Source: Candidatus Saccharimonadia bacterium | Lineage (GTDB): Bacteria > Patescibacteriota > Saccharimonadia > UBA4664 | NCBI GenBank assembly: GCA_038245115.1 | Contig: JBBRSS010000004.1 | Span: forward strand, 1,804-65,803 | Direction of reading: 5' to 3' | DNA: 64,000 bases | Shown: positions 1-8,841 of the stretch, in pieces | Numbering within the stretch: position 1 is the stretch's first letter | How the letters are laid out: every line of letters begins with the position of its first letter | The notes under the pieces: model-generated | Databases searched by the model: none | Told to the model about the DNA's origin: nothing | What the model saw: the letters and a program-made list of their open reading frames with translations, nothing else | Program-made: the position numbers and the translations under genes

Positions 1-1
1 G

Positions 2-229
2 CTAATCACTACCGGCGCCGGTTCAACCAACGGCCGATGGTACCTACCGCACGGCACATTCTACGCCGGCAACAACAATGCCAACATTGACCTCCAGTGG
101 CTCTACGTCAAGAATGGTCTCTACGGTTTCGCCAGCGGCGTACCGGTCAACCCCCGCAACCAGTTTAGGAATCGCTTCATCACCATTACCAATGCCAATG
201 GCTCGGCAGTGACTTGGAAGGGCCCGTAG
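2..229 (+). CDS. 3' end of a hypothetical protein (partial, runs in from window edge)
   Basis: Open frame from base 2: LITTGAGSTNGRWYLPHGTFYAGNNN...VTWKGP, TAG at 227-229; not in the ORF track. Confidence 0.6.
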   Translation, partial: LITTGAGSTNGRWYLPHGTFYAGNNNANIDLQWLYVKNGLYGFASGVPVNPRNQFRNRFITITNANGSAVTWKGP

Positions 230-730
230 GCTTTGCCTCCAAATTGCTCAGTCCTAAGCAACGGCTCATTAGCCTCTAAACCAGCTTTTGCATCTGCCGA
301 AGTTAATCCACTCCACCACATAAAATCTTGGAGAGTTGCCGGTCCATGGCTCGTAAAGGAGCGCTTCATTAAATATTTTTCGGGATATTTGCAGTGTATT
401 ATCGTCTATCCCTAATTGCTCTCGCCTTCGTTTAGCCCCTTTTAGTAGCCGCAGCGCCGACAGCCCAACCAGCCATTTTGCATCCCGGGCGGGCACCATA
501 TGTAGCGTTCCCCGCTGCGGCCAGGTCCGGATAATCGCGCCAGTTTCAATTTCGCGTATGATCTCTTTTTGTGTTTTTCCCGTCCGCAAACCCAGCGCCC
601 ATAACGTGCCGTTATAGTCCTGGGCTTGCATCGCACCCATGTACCCAACGATTTCGCCAGGGTTCAGCTTATGGCTGCCGGCAATGTTCTGGCTGAGCAG
701 CCTCAGAGTGGTGATATCTTGAGTAGTCAC
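230..730 (-). pseudogene. AlkZ/YcaQ-like winged-helix DNA glycosylase, internally deleted, frameshifted and 3'-truncated
   Basis: GTG at 730 gives MGAMQAQDY..LWALGLR and IIRTWPQRGTLH motifs; the later family motif FTSHGPATLQDFMWWSGLT is in another frame (ORF 121..369) and the intervening segment is missing. Confidence 0.75.
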
Positions 731-808
731 TTTGTAATAATAGCAAAAACCGTACCATATTTGCGTCCACTCGCAATACATAAGCATTTAGCATAATATT
801 GCGATACT

Positions 809-1660
809 ATGTCTTGGCAACTCCTCACAGTGATAAGCGTTTTAGGGTTATCGGTATCAATCCTTCTGCAGCGGGTCTTGCTCCACAAACACAAAACCGA
901 CCCGGTCGCATATTCGGCGCTATTCCAGGCAATAACAGCTGCCATCATCGCGGTGTTCGCGGTGGCAAATGGTTTTAGCTTAGCCGGCATCGACGGCGTT
1001 TGGCTCATATCGATTGTATGCATTGTGCTATATGGATTCGGAACAGTAATTTACGCCAAAACTTTGCAATACGTCGAAGCATCAGCGTTTTCGGTCCTGT
1101 TTGCTACCCATGCTGTCTGGGTGATGGCACTTGGGATTTTGCTGTTTCACGAGCACATCACCACCCTACAGATACTTGGGACTGGCCTAATATTTTCGAG
1201 TGTTATCTTTCTCATCAAGAATATCCGTACACTGAGTCTAGATAAGGGTACGGCCTACGGCTTGCTAACGGGATTAATTTACGGTGGGGCAGTTACGAGT
1301 TGGGCCTACGTGGGCCGCGAAATCGATACCCTTAGCTGGGCGGCATTCAGTTTCGCCGGCTCAGCCCTTGTCTCTTTTATGGTCAAGCCAAGCTCGTCCA
1401 GCAAGATTTTACCCATGCTCAAGGGTGTAATTCTGCCCAAAATGCTGCTTCTCGGCCTGTTTTACGGCATAGGCAGCGTTGCTATGCTATTCGCCTATAA
1501 ATACGGTAGTCTGACCTTGGTATCCCCACTTCGGCAGACGGGTATTGTCGTCACCACCCTCCTAGCCCTGTTCTTTTTAAAGAGCGAGCGGAATCGAATT
1601 TCTCGCAAGTTAATTGCCGCCGCCGTTTGCTTCGTCGGTATCGTGTTAATTATCGTCTAA
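809..1660 (+). CDS. EamA/DMT family transporter
   Basis: 283 aa, about 10 hydrophobic helices in two repeats; LGILLFHEHIT and LFFLKSER repeat ends typical of EamA. Confidence 0.85.
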   Translation: MSWQLLTVISVLGLSVSILLQRVLLHKHKTDPVAYSALFQAITAAIIAVFAVANGFSLAGIDGVWLISIVCIVLYGFGTVIYAKTLQYVEASAFSVLFATHAVWVMALGILLFHEHITTLQILGTGLIFSSVIFLIKNIRTLSLDKGTAYGLLTGLIYGGAVTSWAYVGREIDTLSWAAFSFAGSALVSFMVKPSSSSKILPMLKGVILPKMLLLGLFYGIGSVAMLFAYKYGSLTLVSPLRQTGIVVTTLLALFFLKSERNRISRKLIAAAVCFVGIVLIIV

Positions 1661-1671
1661 ATAAGGCCGGG

Positions 1672-3855
1672 TTATCGCCGCACACGTGAGAGCTTCGATG
1701 GCCACCAAATACTGTGGCCAATGTCGTAAGATAACGCCGGGACCAGGAGTGATCTCACGATTATTGTGTCTAACAACACCCCGAATGCAACTATAAACGC
1801 GAGCTGGGCCAAGAACAGAATCGGTATAATCGCGAGGGCCGCAAAGGTGGCTGCCAAGACCATTCCCGCCGAGGTAATAACACTGCCCGTTACTCCCAGC
1901 CCACGCAATATCCCCGGACGGGTACCAATTTTCAACGACTCCTCGCGCACTCGAGTCATGAGAAAAATATTGTAATCAACGCCGAGCGCCACCAAGAACA
2001 CAAAACCAAATAATGGCACCGTTGGATCTGCCCCAGGGAAGTTTAGTAGATGGTTAAATACCAGAGCCGACACGCCCAAGGTTGCAGCGTAGCTAATAAC
2101 CACACTCAAGATTAGCAGGATAGGCGCCAAGATAGAACGTAGCAATAGCATCAGTATCAGCAAAATTACCACCAGTACGATCGGGATTATCCTGTAGAGG
2201 TCGGCGCGAGCAGTATCGTTACTATCGATAGCGATAGCGGTCACACCGCCAACTTTCACGGTAGAGTCCGTACTCGGTAACGCCTGCCTTAGGTTACGTA
2301 CCACCAGCTCGGCCGCCGCCGAGTCAGCCTGGTCTATTAGGGTGGCATTAATGAGCGCTTTGCCATCAACAACTTTGGGTGCTGGACGATTGGAGGCCGT
2401 GGGGTCGACCGGTCCAGCGTAAATGTAGGCAGCCCCGATGCCGGCGGTGCCCCCGACCGCTTTGAGAGTATCCTGAGCCTTGGCTTCATCGGTAATAATA
2501 GCCACCGGACTGCCCGATCCGGCGTCGAAATGCTTGCCAAGCGCCTGCTGCCCGTCAACCGCCTCCGACTTTGACAGAATCAGGGCGGTTTGGGAGACGC
2601 CGCTGGCTTTGAGTTGCGGCAAGCCCAAAATACAGGCCCCTAGAACAGCCAAAGCGACCAGCCAAGTCGTCCGCGGTCGACGCGCAATTAGGCTGCCAAC
2701 TCCCCTCCAAAAGCCGGGAATGCCCTCAAGCCCAGTTGCATTGTTTGTGGTATTCGCATGCGGGTGGGCGAGATTAATTTTGGGCGTTAGCGGCCAGTAT
2801 GCCTTGCGTCCAAAGGCAAACAGTAGCGCCGGCAGCAGCGACATCGCGGCCAGGAATGAGAAGAAAATGCCGATGGCGGCAATCGGACCCAGGCTGCGGT
2901 TGGAATTGAGGTCAGAGAATAATAGGCAAAGCAGGGCCAAAATTACCGTTGCGGCTGACGCGGCTATTGGCTCTATCGAGTTTTTTATGGCATGCATAAT
3001 CGCTACCCATTTACTCTCGACTGTTTCCAGGGCTTCACGATAACGAGCGCAAAGCAACAGTGAGTAATCTGTCGCTGCGCCGATCACCAGTATGGATAGA
3101 ATGCCCTGGCTCTGCCCGTTGAGTTTAATCCAGCCCCAACTAGCCATGAAGTAGACCAGTAATATTGCAGCAGTAAGGGCGAACATGGCAGTAAACAGAA
3201 CCACAAAGGGCAGTATTATTGATCGGTAAACCAAGAGCAAAATAACAAAAACCGCCCCAATAGCTACCAGTAACAAAATACCGTCAATTCCGCCGAAGGC
3301 AGATACGAGGTCGGCGGTTAGTCCCGCCGGGCCCGTTACGTATCCAACAGTCCCATCTGGCGTATTGGCGCTCACTTGCTTACGTAGCTCCTTTACAACC
3401 ACGCCCACATTGTTGGTATCAGCCACGGGGACGATATATTCTACGGCCAAACCGTCTACCGATGGTATCGGACCCGCCACCGCTGTAGACTGTCCCGCCG
3501 GAGCTGACTGAACTCCGCTAACTGAGCCCAAATTCACGCCCAGCTTCACCAACTGAGGCAGTTGTGACGGAGTAATTTTGACGGGGGAGGTTACTACTAC
3601 AATTGCCGGAATAGATTTGGAGGCCGCAAACTTAGCTTGAACAGATTGGACTTTGGTACTCTCGGCGCTCGCTGGCAAAAACGATGCCTGATCATTGCTC
3701 GACACCGATTTGAGCTTGCCGAAAGTCGGCCCTCCTACACCTGCCGCAATAAACCACCCAACTATAACAATTGCCGGCAGCACAATTCGCACCCAACGGG
3801 CGGGTCCGTTATTGGGCATTGGTTTCACAGCTTCTCGTTTTGGTGAATGTGGCAT
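1672..3855 (-). CDS. MMPL family (RND) transporter
   Basis: 727 aa; GAATDYSLLL..RYRE and ALGVDYNIFLMTRVREE, VITSAG motifs. Confidence 0.93.
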   Translation of the reverse strand: MPHSPKREAVKPMPNNGPARWVRIVLPAIVIVGWFIAAGVGGPTFGKLKSVSSNDQASFLPASAESTKVQSVQAKFAASKSIPAIVVVTSPVKITPSQLPQLVKLGVNLGSVSGVQSAPAGQSTAVAGPIPSVDGLAVEYIVPVADTNNVGVVVKELRKQVSANTPDGTVGYVTGPAGLTADLVSAFGGIDGILLLVAIGAVFVILLLVYRSIILPFVVLFTAMFALTAAILLVYFMASWGWIKLNGQSQGILSILVIGAATDYSLLLCARYREALETVESKWVAIMHAIKNSIEPIAASAATVILALLCLLFSDLNSNRSLGPIAAIGIFFSFLAAMSLLPALLFAFGRKAYWPLTPKINLAHPHANTTNNATGLEGIPGFWRGVGSLIARRPRTTWLVALAVLGACILGLPQLKASGVSQTALILSKSEAVDGQQALGKHFDAGSGSPVAIITDEAKAQDTLKAVGGTAGIGAAYIYAGPVDPTASNRPAPKVVDGKALINATLIDQADSAAAELVVRNLRQALPSTDSTVKVGGVTAIAIDSNDTARADLYRIIPIVLVVILLILMLLLRSILAPILLILSVVISYAATLGVSALVFNHLLNFPGADPTVPLFGFVFLVALGVDYNIFLMTRVREESLKIGTRPGILRGLGVTGSVITSAGMVLAATFAALAIIPILFLAQLAFIVAFGVLLDTIIVRSLLVPALSYDIGHSIWWPSKLSRVRR

Positions 3856-3967
3856 AAAATTTTAACTTTCAGGCTCTTATAACTCCACAATTTTAGTCCA
3901 TGTCGTGATCTAAAGTAAAACAGGCGCAGTTGCGTGGCACTAGCTAGGTTTCGGCGAGCAAATGACC

Positions 3968-3983
3968 TGTGATCTTAATCACA
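3968..3983. promoter_or_regulatory. CRP/FNR-family binding site TGTGA-N6-TCACA
   Basis: TGTGATCTTAATCACA is a perfect CRP-type consensus; centred about 42 bp upstream of the start predicted from extended -10 TGgTATATT (4003-4011). Confidence 0.65.
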
Positions 3984-4068
3984 CTGTACGGCACAGCATA
4001 AGTGGTATATTTAACAAAATAATAATGACGCCGCTCGCGAGTTTCGCTCGTCGGTCGCCAAGGAACAA

Positions 4069-5478
4069 ATGGCTAAACGCAATTCTTCTTCCAGACCAAT
4101 TCGCACTGCCCTGCAAAATCTCATGATTCGCGATGTCCCGTCCTATGCCAACAAGTTCGCCTATTCGCTGGGTTTTCTTTCGGCCGTCTCATTCTTTTTG
4201 CTAGTTGCCACCGGCATTATTATGGCTATGGCCGGGCCTCATTGGTGGATAACCAGCTCCTTAGGGCAGTATCTGCGCAGCTTCCATCTCTGGGCTACCC
4301 AAGCCTTCGTCGTATTTATCCTGCTGCATTTAACGATTGTATTTCTAACGTCAGGCTACAAAGGCTCCCGCAAATTCACCTGGGTGCTGGGCGTCTTGAT
4401 GTTCTTCTTTGCTCTAGCCGAAGCCGAATTCGGTTACGTATTGCGTGGAGATTTCTCCTCTCAATACCGCAGCCTGCAGGGTTCCGACCTCTACAACGGC
4501 AGCGGTATAGGCTGGGTTCTCAACAACCTCAACACCGGTCAAGTCATGGGCATTCACATTGCAGTATTGCCGCTGACCTTAATTGTCCTCATTCTGGCCC
4601 ATTATTTTCTTGTGCGGGTCCTTGGTATTGGCAAGCCGTCACCGGCCGCCGACGCTTACCCGATGGTCAAAGCGAATCACGGCTTACTATTTTGGCGCGG
4701 CGGTACCGTAATTGCGCTGGTGGCGGCCTTGGCCTTTGCTTACCCTTCGCCCTATTTGGCGCCGCTGACTATCAGCAAGATTGCCAGTGACGATCCGGCG
4801 CTAATTTCGCAAACCCTCGTTAAGGAATTTGACGGCACATCCGACACCGCCACCTATAAAAACAATATTGCCCCGTACACGTTTAATTCGCGGTCCGTCT
4901 ATATCGAGGCCCCCTATACGCAGCTTAAGGCTACCCAGACCACTCCTAGCCAATTGAAGCTGTTCCTGGCACAGCCAGCCGAGGTTCAAAAGACGCAGCT
5001 TGATGCCGCCACGGCGTTTTATGCTGCCGACCCAGTGAGCAAAACGCTGCCCAAGGGCAACCAGGCCATCGCCGTAGTCGACAGCCTTACGACCATGGCA
5101 AAAAGCGGCCTCTACGAAGCCGCTCTGCGCGACAGCAACGGATCCGGCTACCAAACTACTTATGTGGTCAGGTTCTTGTCTGATACTGGTGTACCCGAAG
5201 AAACCGCCACTAGTATGAATATGACCACAGATCAATACGGCATGGTTCGCGAAGAGGCCAACAGCCAAGCACCCGGCGCTTGGTGGCTGGCACCAATCGG
5301 GTTGCTCAACCACACCGTCCTGGCCAAAGATGAGGACAACGGCGACCGCGACGGTGCTATCATTATTGGCACCTCCTTGCTTCTGTTGCTGGCCTTTCCC
5401 TTTATTCCGTTCCTAAACCGGCTTCCTGAGGTGTTGCGTATACGCAAGCTGTTTTGGCGCAAACCAAGCTCCAAGTAG
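4069..5478 (+). CDS. Cytochrome b/b6-domain membrane protein with large extracytoplasmic insert
   Basis: YSLG, RSFH-x13-H, TWVLG, FGYVL and H-x14-H: four heme-ligand His; C-terminal PGAWWL..GAII..PFL resembles a degenerate subunit IV. Confidence 0.85.
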   Translation: MAKRNSSSRPIRTALQNLMIRDVPSYANKFAYSLGFLSAVSFFLLVATGIIMAMAGPHWWITSSLGQYLRSFHLWATQAFVVFILLHLTIVFLTSGYKGSRKFTWVLGVLMFFFALAEAEFGYVLRGDFSSQYRSLQGSDLYNGSGIGWVLNNLNTGQVMGIHIAVLPLTLIVLILAHYFLVRVLGIGKPSPAADAYPMVKANHGLLFWRGGTVIALVAALAFAYPSPYLAPLTISKIASDDPALISQTLVKEFDGTSDTATYKNNIAPYTFNSRSVYIEAPYTQLKATQTTPSQLKLFLAQPAEVQKTQLDAATAFYAADPVSKTLPKGNQAIAVVDSLTTMAKSGLYEAALRDSNGSGYQTTYVVRFLSDTGVPEETATSMNMTTDQYGMVREEANSQAPGAWWLAPIGLLNHTVLAKDEDNGDRDGAIIIGTSLLLLLAFPFIPFLNRLPEVLRIRKLFWRKPSSK

Positions 5479-5489
5479 TTATCGCAAGG

Positions 5490-5518
5490 TTCTCCTGTCC
5501 TTCTCATCTAATTCTAAG
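5490..5518 (+). promoter_or_regulatory. Three 11-bp-period direct repeats (possible OmpR/PhoB-family site)
   Basis: TTCTCCT (5490), TTCTCAT (5501), TTCTAAG (5512) upstream of -10-like TACATT (5529-5534). Confidence 0.4.
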
Positions 5519-5540
5519 CAAATCGTAGTACATTTGGCTC

Positions 5541-5993
5541 ATGAAAAAACTCTTACTAGGTGCATTTGTTGTCGGAAGCTATATCATATATAGCTTCCAT
5601 CAGCGCGGGGAGGGATCAGCGGCCGTGGTGCCGCCATCTATCCAATCCACGCCGCCCGCCTCAGGGGCTACTGCCACTCCAGGTGCTGCCTCTACGCCTG
5701 CTGTTGCCTATAAGGACGGGCAATATACCGGCCAGTCTGCCGATGCCTACTACGGCTACATTCAGGTAAAAGTGACGATCTCCGGGGGTAAACTGTCCAA
5801 CGTTGAATTCTTGCAATCTCCCAGTGATCGATCCACCTCGGTGCGAATTAACTCTCAAGCCATGCCCTACCTCAAACAGGAGGCCATACAGGCTCAGAGC
5901 GCCGGCGTAGACGGTGTTTCTGGCGCCACCGATACCAGCCAAGCTTTCATCCAGTCCCTAACATCTGCGCTCAAAGCCGCACAAGCAGCTTGA
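5541..5993 (+). CDS. Membrane-anchored FMN-binding protein (ApbE flavinylation substrate)
   Basis: N-terminal anchor, P/A/T linker, YKDGQYTG..YGYIQVKVTI fold, DGVSGAT flavinylation motif. Confidence 0.92.
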   Translation: MKKLLLGAFVVGSYIIYSFHQRGEGSAAVVPPSIQSTPPASGATATPGAASTPAVAYKDGQYTGQSADAYYGYIQVKVTISGGKLSNVEFLQSPSDRSTSVRINSQAMPYLKQEAIQAQSAGVDGVSGATDTSQAFIQSLTSALKAAQAA

Positions 5994-6733
5994 AACAGAC
6001 CCGACAAATAATGGGTATGCCGGTGACGCTTATTGTCGAGGATGAAACTGCCTCCGCAGACATATTTGATCAAGCCTATGCTTATTTTACGAAGGTCGAT
6101 CAAGCCTACAGCCCGTACATCGCCACCAGCGAAGTCTCGCGAATTAACTCTGGCCTGCCCGAATCTGATTGGAGCCCCCAAATTACCGAGGTCGCGCAAC
6201 TATGCCGCGACACCTCCACTGCCACCGATGGCTATTTCGACGCCTGGCATCACGGCAAATTCGATCCCTCCGGTATCGTCAAGGGCTGGGCTATCAATAA
6301 TGCCGCCAAGCTATTGAGCAGCCTTGGTTGTCAAAATTATTACGTTGAAGCGGGTGGCGACATTCAGGTGAGCGGTTTTAACGCTTCGCACGAACCTTGG
6401 CATATTGGCATTCGCAACCCGTTTGATCGCCGGCAGAACGTCAAGGTGGTCTCGCTTAGTACCCAGGGAATTGCCACCTCGGGGCTTTATATCCGCGGCG
6501 CACATATATACAACCCACACGATGATAAAGCGCAACTTTCCGAAGTCGCTTCTCTGAGCGTCATCGGGCCAAATATTTACGAAGCCGACCGCTTCGCCAC
6601 CGCTGCTTTTGCAATGGGCCCTGCCGGCATCAATTTTATCGAGTCGCTGCCGGGCCTAGAGGCTTATATGATAAATAAGTCAGGCCAGGCGACGCTCACA
6701 AGCGGCTTCGAGCAGTATGTGAGGGCTAATTGA
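5990..6733 (+). CDS. apbE: FAD:protein FMN transferase (short, no signal peptide)
   Basis: IMG, SEVSRIN, DPSGIVKGWA, AGGDI, IATSG, HIYNP, ADRFATA motifs; TTG start overlaps upstream stop. Confidence 0.92.
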   Translation: MKQTRQIMGMPVTLIVEDETASADIFDQAYAYFTKVDQAYSPYIATSEVSRINSGLPESDWSPQITEVAQLCRDTSTATDGYFDAWHHGKFDPSGIVKGWAINNAAKLLSSLGCQNYYVEAGGDIQVSGFNASHEPWHIGIRNPFDRRQNVKVVSLSTQGIATSGLYIRGAHIYNPHDDKAQLSEVASLSVIGPNIYEADRFATAAFAMGPAGINFIESLPGLEAYMINKSGQATLTSGFEQYVRAN

Positions 6734-8247
6734 TGAAATATCTCGATAAATTCCTCGACCGCATCACCATGTACCATTTGTTGGTCTATTACTTGTACGC
6801 GCTTCTGGGTGCTGCCATGCTATTGAGTGCAGTTGGCGCCTTGGCATATAATCCGCTGGCAATCGCTATTTCTGCCGGTTATTTAGTAGCGGTTTGCCTG
6901 GTAGCCAACCGTGTCTTTGCGGCCATCTTTAAAGCCCCAAGCAATCCTGAGTCATCCCTCATTACTGCCCTCATTTTGGCTTTAATTATTACGCCGCTAG
7001 CCTCTATCCAGAGCCTGGTATTCTTAACTGCCGCCGCCGGGCTCGCTATTGCCTCAAAGTATTTACTGACCATCCGGGGACGGCACATTTTTAACCCCGC
7101 CGCAGTGGCCGTAGCACTAACGGCGGTGGGCGCCGGCGAATCTGCCAGCTGGTGGGTGGGCAGCGCGGCTCTAGCTCCGGTGGTGATCATTGGCGGCATC
7201 ATGTTAGTACGCAAGGTCAGGCGGGTCCAGATGGTGGCGCTGTTCATTATCACTGCCGTGGTCGCTACGTCTATATTAACCATCATCAGCCAAGGCAATG
7301 TCGTCGGCGAAATCCAAAAAACCTTCCTGCAGTCATCATTGCTCTTTCTTGCATTTGTGATGCTCACTGAGCCGTTGACCTCGCCCGCACAAAGTCGTCA
7401 TCAACGCTGGTATGCCATATTGGCCGGGGTACTCTTTCCGCCCCAGATTCATTTGCTGTCGCTCTATTCCACGCCCGAACTTGTGCTGCTAATTAGTAAC
7501 ATCTATGCCTATATCGTTAATCCCAAGGTCAAGCTGTTGCCTTTGCTCCAAAAAAAGATTTCTTGGGGTCCGAATACTGCCGATTTTGTCTTTGCCCTCG
7601 ACCAGCCGATAGATTATTTGCCGGGACAATATATGGAATTTACTTTGCCGCACTCCAAACCGGACTCTCGCGGCAGCCGGCGTTACTTTACACTCGCGTC
7701 GTCACCAACTGAAAATAATCTTCGCTTGGGCGTTAAATTCTATCCCCGAGGCAGTACATTCAAACAGGCACTTCGCAACATGGGCAAGACTACGCCCTTC
7801 GCTGCGGCCCAGTTGAGTGGCGACTTTGTTCTCCCCAACGACTCTACCCGCAAACTCGCCTTCGTCGCCGGCGGTATCGGCGTGACACCATTTAGGAGTA
7901 TGATCAAATACTTGTCCGACACCGACGACCCCAGATCTGTGACCTTATTGTATTCCGAGCGGACCGCGGCCGATTTGGCGTACGTTGATGTATTCACGGC
8001 CGCCCAAGCCAAACCTGGGACCAAAATTGTCTATACCCTCACCGATGCCAACACAGCGGTACCGACAGGCATGCAGGCTGGGTTCATTACTGCCGAAATT
8101 ATTCAAGCCGAAATTCCTGACTACAAAGACCGTCTTTTCTACATTTCCGGGTCTCATTCTATGGTAAGTGCTATGCAGTCAGCCCTAGGCGAGCTCGGAG
8201 TATCTAAGCACAATATTAAGATTGATTTCTTCCCCGGCTACGTTTAA
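6730..8247 (+). CDS. RnfD/NqrB-like membrane domain fused to FAD/NAD(P)-binding ferredoxin-reductase domain
   Basis: HIFNPAA and FVMLTEPLTSP (RnfD-like); RYFTLAS, AGGIGVTPF, YISG, DFFPGY (FNR family). Confidence 0.88.
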   Translation: MMKYLDKFLDRITMYHLLVYYLYALLGAAMLLSAVGALAYNPLAIAISAGYLVAVCLVANRVFAAIFKAPSNPESSLITALILALIITPLASIQSLVFLTAAAGLAIASKYLLTIRGRHIFNPAAVAVALTAVGAGESASWWVGSAALAPVVIIGGIMLVRKVRRVQMVALFIITAVVATSILTIISQGNVVGEIQKTFLQSSLLFLAFVMLTEPLTSPAQSRHQRWYAILAGVLFPPQIHLLSLYSTPELVLLISNIYAYIVNPKVKLLPLLQKKISWGPNTADFVFALDQPIDYLPGQYMEFTLPHSKPDSRGSRRYFTLASSPTENNLRLGVKFYPRGSTFKQALRNMGKTTPFAAAQLSGDFVLPNDSTRKLAFVAGGIGVTPFRSMIKYLSDTDDPRSVTLLYSERTAADLAYVDVFTAAQAKPGTKIVYTLTDANTAVPTGMQAGFITAEIIQAEIPDYKDRLFYISGSHSMVSAMQSALGELGVSKHNIKIDFFPGYV

Positions 8248-8266
8248 TTGGTGGCCCACTGTAACC

Positions 8267-8665
8267 TTACTTATCGCGCCGGTGATCAATTCGCTCACCA
8301 AAAACTTGTGCATCCTGGCCAGCTGGGTAGCCACCCTGCATAGTCTTTTCTTCGGCGCCCGCAACATCTAGCGCAACTCCGCCCGAAGACCTCAGGACAA
8401 GGTTAAACACAAAGCCGTTCACGTAACCAATCAACCATCCGATGGCAAAGTAGACAACGGGTAACACAAACAGTGACAAGGCACCGATCGTCATACCCAT
8501 AAGCAACCCCTGTATCAAACTATCGGTGGCATTCGTGTACGCAATTGTCCCGCTAAACAAATACATTATTGACACTACCAGACCAATAATCGCACCAAAC
8601 ACACCCTCAAACATCGCTACTGTTGATGGCTTAATTCCTGTAACCATTACCTCTCGTTCATTCAT
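8267..8665 (-). CDS. Hypothetical two-TM membrane protein
   Basis: 132 aa ORF with AAGGAG RBS and two long Gly-rich hydrophobic helices. Confidence 0.75.
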   Translation of the reverse strand: MNEREVMVTGIKPSTVAMFEGVFGAIIGLVVSIMYLFSGTIAYTNATDSLIQGLLMGMTIGALSLFVLPVVYFAIGWLIGYVNGFVFNLVLRSSGGVALDVAGAEEKTMQGGYPAGQDAQVFGERIDHRRDK

Positions 8666-8841
8666 AATTCCGTACTCCTTATACCCAAAATTCTAAGCCT
8701 CCTCCAAGGCGCTAGACATTGGAAGATCATCCATGAATTCTGCACATCCGAAGCATTATTTTCGACAATACTAGGCTCCCGGTGGGCATTACCGGGTGCG
8801 ACCGTTTTCGTCCAGTTAGGCCTGCTAACATATATTCGCCC

